DNA of 64,000 nucleotides from Coraliomargarita sp. (GTDB lineage: Bacteria; Verrucomicrobiota; Verrucomicrobiia; Opitutales; Coraliomargaritaceae). Of the stretch, positions 12,835 to 24,587 are shown in pieces (the first letter of the stretch is position 1; each line of letters starts with the position of its first letter). A program made the translations under genes and the position numbers. The notes beneath the pieces are model-generated. The model saw nothing but the letters and a program-made list of their open reading frames with translations, made no database searches and was not told the DNA's origin. The DNA lies in NCBI GenBank assembly GCA_965216325.1, contig OZ244160.1, forward strand, positions 2,752,001-2,816,000. Reading direction: 5' to 3'.

Positions 12835-13176
12835 TAGCTTTTCAAGTGTTATTGAGGTTCGAAAGTGGTCTTTGGTGAAGTAATCAACATTAAGTATTCC
12901 CTCTTTTTCGTTTCCTTCAAATTTTACTTTGTAGCACCCGTCGATTTTTGAGCATGGCATGTGCTCTAGGACATCAATTTGCCATCCTCTTGCATTAAAT
13001 TCTTTTTTGAGAAACCTCTGAACGCTTCCATGATGTAAATCATACCAGCCTGGCCCTTTGAATTTCTTTTTAAATTTTAGGAAATCCCACCAGTTAAACC
13101 AGCCGATCAAAGGGCCCAATGAGAAGATGAGAAACCACCTTTGTTCTTCATCTGCGTTTAGGTGCCTGAACTTCAT
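12826..13176 (-). CDS. Integron cassette 2 hypothetical protein
   Basis: AT-rich ORF; begins GTTAGCT-AAAAGA-ATG, and this core is complementary to its own inverse core AGCTAAC; the present stop lies inside the intron. Confidence 0.75.
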   Translation of the reverse strand: MKFRHLNADEEQRWFLIFSLGPLIGWFNWWDFLKFKKKFKGPGWYDLHHGSVQRFLKKEFNARGWQIDVLEHMPCSKIDGCYKVKFEGNEKEGILNVDYFTKDHFRTSITLEKLIG

Positions 13177-13182
13177 TCTTTT

Positions 13183-13248
13183 AGCTAACGTGGAGGATGA
13201 GCGACTAGTGAGCGCAGCACACTAGTTGCTCACTCCGTCTTGATCTGT
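13183..13248 (-). other. attC site of cassette 1
   Basis: Minus strand ACAGATC-AAGAC-GGAGTGAGCAACTAGTGTGCTGCGCTCACTAGTCGCTCATCCTCCAC-GTTAGCT: 66 bp palindrome with the same layout as attC2; the inverse core ends ATC instead of AAC. Confidence 0.85.
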
Positions 13249-13710
13249 CTTGCGAAAAAGTGGAAGAATGATCGGCAAGCTCGCTATGGCTAGTAGAAGG
13301 ATCAAAAACAGTTCGATTACCCAGAATTTGACGTATGTATAGGATCCGTAGAAGTCAGATGATTTCTCACCAGTCGTCCATTTTGAGAACCCAAAGGTAT
13401 ATTCTCTTTGCTTTCCTTCTTTCGGATTCTCTTTGGCTGCTTGAAGGTCGAAATCTGTTTTGCTTTTGAAGTTAAGGCTTAGTCGAGGCAACTCCATGTC
13501 GACATTTTTAATCTGGTGCCGATAGCCAAAAAGTAGGGAATCTGGATCACCGCTATACTGCACATACCTCTGGGCTTCAGTCATTCCTTTTTCAACTTTC
13601 GGGATCGAGGTCAGCGAAAAGGAATGATCTTCAGCATGGACATGCAGAAATAAAATGAGTGCCATGATCGACAAGATCAGGGTAATTAAAACCGTGGAGG
13701 CGTGTTTCAT
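13222..13710 (-). CDS. Integron cassette 1 hypothetical membrane/exported protein
   Basis: ATG 13710 lies 6 nt after the core GATCTGT; N-terminal and C-terminal hydrophobic helices; stop falls inside attC1. Confidence 0.78.
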   Translation of the reverse strand: MKHASTVLITLILSIMALILFLHVHAEDHSFSLTSIPKVEKGMTEAQRYVQYSGDPDSLLFGYRHQIKNVDMELPRLSLNFKSKTDFDLQAAKENPKEGKQREYTFGFSKWTTGEKSSDFYGSYTYVKFWVIELFLILLLAIASLPIILPLFRKTDQDGVSN

Positions 13711-13716
13711 TTTTTT

Positions 13717-13760
13717 ACAGATCAGTGTTAAGGGATGCACTCAGTGCATGGTTATCAAGT
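13717..13760 (-). other. Putative attI site
   Basis: Minus strand TCCCTTA-ACACT-GATCTGT resembles attI1 CCCTAAA-ACAAA-GTTRRRY; located between intI and the first cassette. Confidence 0.65.
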
Positions 13761-14108
13761 TTGGGCCGTTTGGCTGAGTGTCGAGTTTTTGAGGTTTTGT
13801 TTGCTTTGGGCGCTTTGCGGGTCGCTTGAATCCTGTATTTGTAGAGTTCTAATGTTTTTAAGCTAAGTGAGGTTGCGTGTGGGCTTCAAGTTCTGATTCC
13901 GGAAAATGATGCACTCAAATGGACTAACGATGTCTGAGTGCATGTTATCACTTTTTACTGCTTTGAGTTGTCGGAGTCTTAACTTGATGCAGGAGAGCTG
14001 CTTAGGTCTGTTTTTAAACGTTTTTTGTGTGTTTTGTTCCCGGCTAATCGTGAACCTAACGCATTTAGTGACTTGATTGTGGTGAAAATAAGTGCACTAT
14101 TTGTGTGT

Positions 14109-15437
14109 ATGAAAACGATCCATTTTCCGAGGTGGGCAGAGGTGCTGGATAGCTGTGATCTTGATGGTCCGAAGCGCGAATCGTATAAGGTGACGATTCG
14201 CTGGTATTTAAGTTGGTGTGCTAAGCGGCATGTAGGTTGTTTGGTTGAATCGGCGCGTGCGTTTGTGGGGTGGGCGATTCAGGAGAAGGACCCGAAGGAT
14301 TGGGTGATTGATCGTTGGAAAGAGGGGATACGCTGGTTTTTTGTCGCAGCGAAGGCGCAGGCTGCTCCAGGGGGCGGAGCGAGTGAGGGGAAGATTGAGG
14401 GTGCGGAGCCGGAGGCTCCTGCGCTACCTAAACTGGAGCGCCGTGATTTGGAAGGGGAAGAGCGGATTGAGGCGGCGAATGACGATGAAAGGCGGATTCT
14501 TTCGGTAATGCGTCGCTTGGGGCGTGCTTTGAGGACTGAGCGGAATTATCTGGGTTGGTATCGTGATTTCGCTCGGCGATCGGGGTTGGCGGATGGTTTT
14601 GCGATATCGGCGGCGCAGATTAAGGAATATTTGGATTATTTGGCGATGGAGCGTGCGGTGTCGTCCTCGACGCAGAAGCAGGCGCTCAATGCTTTGGTCT
14701 TCATTGCGCGGGAGGTGTTTGAGTTGGAGTTGGGCGATATCGGTGACTTTGTCCGGGCGAAGAATCGGAAGCGTATCCCGGTGGTCATGAGTAAGGACGA
14801 GACACGAGTATTCTTTAAAAAATTAAAAGGTGAGCGGCTGTTGATGGCTCAGTTGCAGTATGCGGCTGGTTTACGTGTTTCGGAACTGTGCCGTTTGCGC
14901 ATTCAGGATTTGGATTTGGACAGGCATCAGGTGGTTGTGCGCAGTGGTAAGGGTCGAAAGGATCGGGTCGCTCCGCTCTCTGTGAAGTTGATTGAGGCCT
15001 TAACGGGGCATTTGGAGACGGTGCATGCGCTTTTTGAGGAGGACTTGAAGCGTTTGGATCTTGCTGGGGTGTATTTGCCAGAGGCCTTGGCGCGCCGTCA
15101 TTCTAATGCGGGACATGATTGGCGCTGGCAGTGGCTGTGGCCAAGTCGTGAGGTCTCTGAAGATCCACGGGAATCTGGCGCTCGGCGTCGGCACCATGTT
15201 TTGTCGAATTCCTACCAGCGCAGTGTTGCGTCGGCGGGACGGGCTGCTGGTTTGACCAAGCGTATTACCAGTCACACCTTGCGGCACAGTTTCGCCACGC
15301 ACTTGTTGGAGGATGGTGTGGATATTCGCACGGTGCAGGACTTGCTCGGACATAAGAGTGTCGAGACGACCCAGATTTATTTGCACGTGATGCAGAAGCC
15401 GGGGGCTGGAGTGCGCAGCCCGCTGGATACCCTTTGA
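14109..15437 (+). CDS. intI: Integron integrase with N-terminal extension
   Basis: [35 protein letters not shown] catalytic set plus the integron-specific insert [11 protein letters not shown]...WQWLWPS...DPR...RRHH; divergent from the cassettes. Confidence 0.95.
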   Translation: MKTIHFPRWAEVLDSCDLDGPKRESYKVTIRWYLSWCAKRHVGCLVESARAFVGWAIQEKDPKDWVIDRWKEGIRWFFVAAKAQAAPGGGASEGKIEGAEPEAPALPKLERRDLEGEERIEAANDDERRILSVMRRLGRALRTERNYLGWYRDFARRSGLADGFAISAAQIKEYLDYLAMERAVSSSTQKQALNALVFIAREVFELELGDIGDFVRAKNRKRIPVVMSKDETRVFFKKLKGERLLMAQLQYAAGLRVSELCRLRIQDLDLDRHQVVVRSGKGRKDRVAPLSVKLIEALTGHLETVHALFEEDLKRLDLAGVYLPEALARRHSNAGHDWRWQWLWPSREVSEDPRESGARRRHHVLSNSYQRSVASAGRAAGLTKRITSHTLRHSFATHLLEDGVDIRTVQDLLGHKSVETTQIYLHVMQKPGAGVRSPLDTL

Positions 15438-15745
15438 GTCGAGATTGAGCTGGTTTGGGTGCGAGGTTCTGTTCGTTAATTGGCTAATCTTGCTGGATTC
15501 TTGGTTTGAGTGGTAAGTTTTATGCATTGGCCGGGATGGCTCTTTTTGATCAGGGAGTCGGGCTTTGGTTTGGTGACGTCTCTGTTGCTCTAGTTTGAGT
15601 GATTATGCTGCTTTGTCGTTGGAGGCTATCTCGCTGATGCTGTGTGGCTTGTTGCCTGGTTTTAATGGATTGCTCTGCGTGTATGAATAAAATCGATTTC
15701 AGGCATTAAGAATCTGTTGGGGCGAAAACGGTTAGAGACTTGGAC

Positions 15746-15762
15746 TTGGCATGGCTGTGGCT
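15746..15762 (+). promoter_or_regulatory. Putative sigma54 -24/-12 promoter
   Basis: TTGGCATG-GCTG-TGGCT (GG-N10-GC), about 60 nt before the transporter ATG; a matching motif precedes nirA. Confidence 0.6.
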
Positions 15763-15820
15763 AGAAGGGGATTGTTTTTTGCTAATCCCTCTTCGGAGGA
15801 ACCCAACCCAACCAACACAT

Positions 15821-17296
<1,476 letters not shown>

Positions 17297-17343
17297 GTTA
17301 AAATTTTTTATGCGAGTTATCTTCTTCGTGTAAAGTTGTTGGG

Positions 17344-17378
17344 ACCGCGCTCTGCGTTTACGTGGGGCGCGGTTTTTT
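17344..17378 (+). terminator. Rho-independent terminator after the transporter
   Basis: ACCGCGCTCTGCG-TTTA-CGTGGGGCGCGGT followed by TTTTT. Confidence 0.7.
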
Positions 17379-17523
17379 GTGTGGAAATGAAAGTGGCTGG
17401 AGGCACCACCCCGTCTCGCATTGCGCCTTCGACGGGCTCAGGGCTGGCGAGCCACCCCTCCTCGTCAAGATGACATGGGAGGAGTTGCCAGCGGTGAGTA
17501 ATCACTAAGCTAGCACTCCAGCC

Positions 17524-18678
17524 ATGAAGAATACGAAATCACTCACTCCCACATCAGATAAACAGACTGAAGCGAAAGCGGATGTCCTCAAGCTTGGAAT
17601 CGACGTGCACAAGCGGCAATACGTTGTCGTGGCTCAGTTTGATAATCAGTCTCCGAAGACTCCACAGCGGTTTAGTCCTGAGGCATTTTTGGTTTGGATC
17701 AGCAAGCAGCGTGCCTACGCACAGCGTATTGTGACATGCTACGAAGCGGGCTGTTTCGGTTACGTGTTGCATCGGAGGTTGGAATCGATGGGCATCGAGA
17801 ACTTGGTCGTGCGTCCGCGTAACTGGGATGAGTATGGCTCGAAGGTGAAGACCGATGCCCGTGATGCGACCGAGCTTTGCAGCCATCTTGATCGTTATCT
17901 GGCGGGCAATGAGCGTGCTTTAAGTGTGGTTCGAGTTCCGAGCGAAGAACAGGAGCGTTCACGTAGTTTGAGCCGACAGCGCGACACCTTATCCAAAGAG
18001 CTCAAGCGCTTGCAGAACGTAGGAACCAGCAATGCCCGCTATTACGGTTATGAACTGAAAACAACTTGGTGGAAGCAGAACAACTTCAAGGAGTTGCTGC
18101 GTGAGTTGCCTGAGTATCTACTGGAGATCTTGCGCCCATTTCAGGCGATCTTAGCGAGCATCGATAAACAGTTCCGTGAAGTCACCGCACGCGAAGAGCG
18201 CAGAGCAAACCGCAAACTACCCGTTGGTCTGGGAGCACTCACAGCCTCGATTCTGGACAATGAGTTTCGTGACTACAGTCGCTTCAAAAACCGTGGCCAA
18301 GTCGCGAGCTATACGGGGCTGTGCCCGAGTGAATCTTCCAGTGGCGGCTCGCGCAAACAGGGTAGTATTAATAAACATGGCAATCCTCGTGTACGCCATA
18401 CTCTGATCGAGGCGATTTGGCGCTTTCTTCAGCACCAACCCGATTACGATCCGATCAAAGACTGGAGGAAGCGTATGTGCAATGAGCCCTTTAGTGCAGC
18501 TAAGAAAAAGAAAATGACTGTAGCTATCGCACGTCGATTTGCCGTGGACTGGTGGCGAATCAATACAGGGCAAATAGAGCCTGAAGCAGTCGGCTTGAAG
18601 GTGGACTATCCGAGCGCCTATGCAACGCGTGCTTTGCGTGAAGGCCGGATCGTCAAAATCCATGCGAAAGGAGCTTAA
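17524..18678 (+). CDS. IS110-family DEDD recombinase/transposase
   Basis: GIDVH, YEAG, KTDARDA (DEDD) and YTGLCPSESSSGG (catalytic Ser region), GSINKHGN. Confidence 0.95.
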   Translation: MKNTKSLTPTSDKQTEAKADVLKLGIDVHKRQYVVVAQFDNQSPKTPQRFSPEAFLVWISKQRAYAQRIVTCYEAGCFGYVLHRRLESMGIENLVVRPRNWDEYGSKVKTDARDATELCSHLDRYLAGNERALSVVRVPSEEQERSRSLSRQRDTLSKELKRLQNVGTSNARYYGYELKTTWWKQNNFKELLRELPEYLLEILRPFQAILASIDKQFREVTAREERRANRKLPVGLGALTASILDNEFRDYSRFKNRGQVASYTGLCPSESSSGGSRKQGSINKHGNPRVRHTLIEAIWRFLQHQPDYDPIKDWRKRMCNEPFSAAKKKKMTVAIARRFAVDWWRINTGQIEPEAVGLKVDYPSAYATRALREGRIVKIHAKGA

Positions 18679-18699
18679 CAACTGATTTTTATGTAATTT

Positions 18700-18880
18700 G
18701 GAACGTTGGCTTGCGCGGCTCCCCTCCTGGTTCTTTGAAGAACCGATACCAAGATTGCGCGGCCTTTGTTCCTCTTGCCGATTGAATAGATCAACTTGCA
18801 CTGCTGAGAACAGGCACGTGCGGATAGCAGGTTATGCCCGGCAGTTTGCCGAATGCATCAACAGAGGAAACGTTTCAAAT
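18700..18880 (+). ncRNA. Putative bridge/seek RNA of IS element 1 (boundaries approximate)
   Basis: CTCCCCTCCT (18719-18728) is the reverse complement of the target AGGAGGGGAG; CAAG (18750-18753) matches the left flank; ATAGCAG (18824-18830) matches the IS end. Confidence 0.8.
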
Positions 18881-19078
18881 GAATGATCTTAAAATGGGGG
18901 CTCATTGCCGCCCCCAAGCCCCCGCTAGGGGAACAGAATCGAAAGTAGATATATCCATGCATTAACAAAATTACGAAACCGCTTGACGATATCTCCCATA
19001 GCAGGAGGGGAGTTTTGGGCTCTGCGTTTACGTGGGGGTGTCCTTGCGCTGCATTGAGTTGTCTGGCTTTGCGGGCCT

Positions 19079-19155
19079 GTGCGGAGCCGGAGGCTCCTGC
19101 GCTACCTCTTGGTTGGGGGGGGGGGCGGGTGGCAATGGCGGAGCATTGCCCTCCA
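19079..19155. repeat. REP cluster (GTAG-type and TGGAG-type) with a G11 run
   Basis: 19079-19107 is identical to 14401-14429; 19131-19155 is related to 5110-5135. Confidence 0.7.
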
Positions 19156-19204
19156 TTTCTAATTTGAAGTTTTCCTCCTGTTGCATCGTTGGGATTTTTG
19201 GTTC

Positions 19205-20953
19205 ATGAGTTCGTCTATGCATATTCAAAATCGGTTTTCAGTGCGTTATGGCCAAGCCTCAGAGGCGGGTGTCAAAGAGCGTAATGAGGACTGTTTGGGA
19301 ATTACGATTCCGGAGGGTGATATGCTCGGCACGAAGGGCATCGTGGTGGTTTTGGCCGATGGGGTCTCGGCTGCGGAGGCTGGTGGCGAGGCTGCGGAGA
19401 TGTGCGTGCGCAGTTTTATTAATGACTACTATAGCACGCCAGAAACCTGGCAGGTGAAGACTGCCGGGCACCGTGTGTTGGTGGCGATTAATCGCTGGCT
19501 CTTCAGTAAGGGGCAGGCCTTTTCGGAGGCGCATAAGGGCTATGTCTGTGCGATGAGTGCGATGGTGCTCAAGTCGCGCTCGGCGCATATTTTTCACGTA
19601 GGTGATGCGCGGATTTATCGTTTGCGCGATGGGCAGTTGGAGCAGTTGACGGATGATCACCGCACCTGGGTGTCGGAAAAGACCAGCTATTTGGCGCGCG
19701 CGATGGGCTTGGGCACGAGTCTGGATGTGGACTATCGCAAGGTGCCGATTCAGCCGGGGGATCATTTGTTGCTCTGCACGGATGGGGTGCATGAGCATGT
19801 GCCGGAGAAGGAGCTGCGGCGCTTTGTGGATTTTGCCGCGGAGGATTTGGATGGCGCGTGTGCGAAGATTGTGGCGCAGGCTTTGGCTGAAGGCAGCACG
19901 GATAATGTGAGTTGTCAGCTCTTGGCGGTCGATTCGCTGGCGGACGTAAAGGCGAATCAGGTATATGAGGAGCTGGGGCGTTTGCCGTTTCCGCCGCCTT
20001 TGGAGGTCGGTATGGTCTTGGATGGCTATGCGGTGGAGCGTGTGCTGGATGAGAGTGCTCGTTCGCAGCTGTATCTGGTGAGGGACGTGGAGAGTGGTGA
20101 GCGCGCGGTGATGAAGACTCCGGCGGAGCGCTTCAGTGATGATGCGGCCTACATTGAGCGCTTTCTGATGGAGGAATGGGTCGGGCGGCGCATTTCAAAT
20201 TCACGCTTGGTGAAGGTGGTGGAGAAGCGCCGTGTGCCACAGTTTTTGTTCTATTTGATGGAGCATGTCGAGGGGCGCACCTTAGCGAAGTGGATCGAGG
20301 AGAATCCGCAGCCGGAGATGGGTGCGGTGATTCATTTGATCGAGCAGGTGATTGGTGGGGTGCGTGCTCTGCATCGCAAGGAGACGCTGCATCAGGATTT
20401 GAAGCCGGATAATATTATCCTCGATTGCAATGAGCAGGTGAAAATTATTGATTACGGTTCGGCTTATGTGGCGGGGATCAATGAGGCGGAGGTTCCCTTC
20501 GAGCGCCGGGTGGATTTGGGCACGCGTTGCTATTCGGCGCCCGAGTATGTGCTCAATCGCCGACCGACGACGCGCTCGGATTTGTTTTCGATTGGTGTGA
20601 TTGCCTATCAGTTGTTTACGGGCAGTAAGGGGCATCCCTATGGTGAGGCTTGGACGCGTGCGCAGACGGTGGGGGACTTTTCGAAGCTCAAGTATGTGTC
20701 GGCACTGCAGCACAACCCCATGGTGCCGGGCTGGATCGACGGGGCTTTGCGCAAGGCGGTCAGCGTGTCGCCTGAGGGGCGCTATCCGGTGCTGTCGGAG
20801 TTTTTGGCGGATCTGCAGGCGCCGAATCCGGAGTTTTTGAGTGTGGAAGATGGGCCGCTGATTCGTCGCAACCCGCTGCTGTTTTGGCGCGGGCTTGTGG
20901 TCGTACAGGCGGTCATCATTCTGATTTTAGCGATCCTGGTCGGCGCAGATTGA
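19205..20953 (+). CDS. Bifunctional PP2C phosphatase / Ser-Thr kinase
   Basis: NED, ADGVS, HVGDAR, LCTDGV, GSTDN (PP2C); [24 protein letters not shown] (kinase); C-terminal TM. Start is 19205 or 19217. Confidence 0.92.
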   Translation: MSSSMHIQNRFSVRYGQASEAGVKERNEDCLGITIPEGDMLGTKGIVVVLADGVSAAEAGGEAAEMCVRSFINDYYSTPETWQVKTAGHRVLVAINRWLFSKGQAFSEAHKGYVCAMSAMVLKSRSAHIFHVGDARIYRLRDGQLEQLTDDHRTWVSEKTSYLARAMGLGTSLDVDYRKVPIQPGDHLLLCTDGVHEHVPEKELRRFVDFAAEDLDGACAKIVAQALAEGSTDNVSCQLLAVDSLADVKANQVYEELGRLPFPPPLEVGMVLDGYAVERVLDESARSQLYLVRDVESGERAVMKTPAERFSDDAAYIERFLMEEWVGRRISNSRLVKVVEKRRVPQFLFYLMEHVEGRTLAKWIEENPQPEMGAVIHLIEQVIGGVRALHRKETLHQDLKPDNIILDCNEQVKIIDYGSAYVAGINEAEVPFERRVDLGTRCYSAPEYVLNRRPTTRSDLFSIGVIAYQLFTGSKGHPYGEAWTRAQTVGDFSKLKYVSALQHNPMVPGWIDGALRKAVSVSPEGRYPVLSEFLADLQAPNPEFLSVEDGPLIRRNPLLFWRGLVVVQAVIILILAILVGAD

Positions 20954-21084
20954 GCTGAGGCAGTTGTGTAAGTGTTTTTGAATCAGGTGCCTTTGCGGAC
21001 TTTGTGGGACGCTGCTTGTCCATGAGCGAAATCGATGGATTCGATTAAAACACGGATTTGCATTAATTTGGACATCTGCGCGGA

Positions 21085-21101
21085 TTGGCATGACATGGGC
21101 T
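21085..21101 (+). promoter_or_regulatory. Putative sigma54 -24/-12 promoter
   Basis: TTGGCATG-ACAT-GGGCT (GG-N10-GC), about 30 nt before the nirA ATG. Confidence 0.55.
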
Positions 21102-21130
21102 GAAGTTATGGCCAATTGCAGGCAGATGTT

Positions 21131-22873
21131 ATGAGCACCGCTTTTTCTTCAGATCAAAAACAATACCTAGAGGGTTTCTTCGCCGGAGTGAACCAGCGCG
21201 GCGGCATGCCCTTTCTCGGGCAGAACGCGTCCGGGCAGTTTACCAATAGCCCCGCGGAAGCCGTCGAGGAGACGGTTTATGGCACGCCGATTGAGGACCT
21301 CTGCAAGGAGGAGCTGATCAAACACGAGCAGAACGGGCTGGATGTGTGGGACACGATGGTGGCCAATGCGGAGCAGGATGTATTTCCCGCCGCGGACGAT
21401 ATGTTCCGCTATAAGTTTCACGGCTTGTTTCATGTAAAGCCGGCACAGGATTCGTTTATGCTACGTTGCCGTATCGCCGGTGGTGCGTTGAAGTCGCATC
21501 AGCTCGTCGGTTTGGCTGAGATCGCAGACGATTGGGGGGGCGGCTACGCCGATCTGACCACTCGAAATAATTTTCAGGTCCGTGAGATTCTGCCGCGTAA
21601 CACCGTGAGTGTGTTGACGAAGTTGGTCGATCTTGGGCTGACTGCGCGTGGTTCGGGTGCCGACAATCTGCGCAATATTACCGCGAGCCCAACAAGTGGC
21701 TTCGACCCGCAGGAAGTTTTGGATGTGATGCCGTATGCCAAGGCGATGCACCACTACATCATGCACAATCGCGACCTCTACGGTCTGCCGCGTAAGTTTA
21801 ACATCGCCTTCGACAGCGGCGGTCGTGTCTCATCCTGTGCGGATACCAATGACATCGGTTTCTTTGCTGTGCGTGTGGGCGAAGGGCAGGGCGTTGAGCC
21901 GGGAATCTATTTCCGTGTGCAGCTCTGTGGGATTACCGGCCACAAGCAGTTTGCGTCGGATTGCGGTTTGTTGATCAAGCCGGATCAGGCGGTGGCTGTG
22001 GCTGCGGCAATGGTGCGTGTCTTTATCGAGAATGGTGACCGCACCAACCGCAAGAAGGCGCGTCTGAAGTATTTGGTCGATGACTGGGGCGTTGAAAAGT
22101 ATCTTGAAGAGACGCAGAAGAAGCTCGCGTTTGATCTGGGGCGTCTGCCGCTGGAGGCGTGCGAGCTGGCTACTGCGCCCGTGAAGCATGGCCACGTGGG
22201 GGTCTACAATGAGAAGACCGAAGGTTTGAATTACATTGGCGTGGTGATTCCGGTGGGGCGTATGCTGCCGGATCAAATGAAGGCGATCGCGAAGCTTGCG
22301 GATCGATACGGTCGCGGTGAAGTGCGCCTGACCGCTTGGCAGAATCTGTTGATCCCGGGGATCCAGGATGCCGACCTTGAGGCGGTGAAGGCGGCGATTC
22401 TCGAAATTGGGTTTAACTATAGCTCGACCACGATATCAGGTGGTTTGATTGCGTGCACGGGTAATGTTGGTTGCAAGTTCGCATCTGCCGATACCAAGGG
22501 ACATGCTCTGAAGCTTGCGAAGTATCTTGAGGAAGTCATCGAGTTGGATCAGCCGATCAACATTCACGTGACCGGATGCCATCACTCCTGTGCCCAGCAT
22601 TACATTGGTGATATTGGCCTGATCTCCTGCAAGGTGAAGATCGACGGTGAAAGCCACGAAGGCTACAGCGTGGTGCTCGGTGGCGGTTGTGATGATGCGC
22701 AGGCGATCGCCCACGAAGTCTTTCCCGGCACCGCCTTTGAGGATCTGAAGCCACTGATTCTGAATGTGCTCCGCACCTATCAGGAGAAGCGGGAAAATCA
22801 GGAAACCTTCTGGCAGTTTACCCGACGTCATACTGCGGACGAATTGAAAGCGCTCTTCGCGGTTGCTGCTTAA
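21131..22873 (+). CDS. nirA: Siroheme [4Fe-4S] nitrite reductase, NirA type
   Basis: [37 protein letters not shown] and GCHHSC ligands; nitrate cluster context. Confidence 0.9.
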   Translation: MSTAFSSDQKQYLEGFFAGVNQRGGMPFLGQNASGQFTNSPAEAVEETVYGTPIEDLCKEELIKHEQNGLDVWDTMVANAEQDVFPAADDMFRYKFHGLFHVKPAQDSFMLRCRIAGGALKSHQLVGLAEIADDWGGGYADLTTRNNFQVREILPRNTVSVLTKLVDLGLTARGSGADNLRNITASPTSGFDPQEVLDVMPYAKAMHHYIMHNRDLYGLPRKFNIAFDSGGRVSSCADTNDIGFFAVRVGEGQGVEPGIYFRVQLCGITGHKQFASDCGLLIKPDQAVAVAAAMVRVFIENGDRTNRKKARLKYLVDDWGVEKYLEETQKKLAFDLGRLPLEACELATAPVKHGHVGVYNEKTEGLNYIGVVIPVGRMLPDQMKAIAKLADRYGRGEVRLTAWQNLLIPGIQDADLEAVKAAILEIGFNYSSTTISGGLIACTGNVGCKFASADTKGHALKLAKYLEEVIELDQPINIHVTGCHHSCAQHYIGDIGLISCKVKIDGESHEGYSVVLGGGCDDAQAIAHEVFPGTAFEDLKPLILNVLRTYQEKRENQETFWQFTRRHTADELKALFAVAA

Positions 22874-22900
22874 CCAGAGACTTCAGTCGATGAACCGATC

Positions 22901-22988
22901 TCTTAGTCATAATCCTAATCTTAATCGTAATCTCCTACGTATGCTTGGCACTGAGAGATTAAGACTAGGATAACGATTACGATTAAGA
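22901..22988. repeat. Palindrome built from TAATCN hexamer repeats (second copy)
   Basis: TCTTAG TCATAA TCCTAA TCTTAA TCGTAA TCTC ... GAGA TTAAGA CTAGGA TAACGA TTACGA TTAAGA. Confidence 0.75.
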
Positions 22989-23000
22989 CTTTTTGGATAT

Positions 23001-24587
<1,587 letters not shown>

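Larger units (their letters stand above)
17468..19004 (+). mobile_element. IS110-family (IS1111-like) element 1
   Basis: Ends AG|ATGACATGGG...CATAGC|AG are shared with element 2; subterminal IR ATGGGAG/CTCCCAT; removal restores the hairpin CCCCTCCT-CGTCA-AGGAGGGG. Confidence 0.92.

Noticed and set aside
14030..14108. LexA box upstream of intI
   Set aside because: TGTTC and GAAC are present, but the spacing does not fit the verrucomicrobial TGTTC-N4-GAACA, and there is no CTGT-N8-ACAG.
17468..19004. AG as a classical target-site duplication of a DDE transposon
   Set aside because: The enzyme is a DEDD IS110 type; AG is better explained as the core shared by donor and target.
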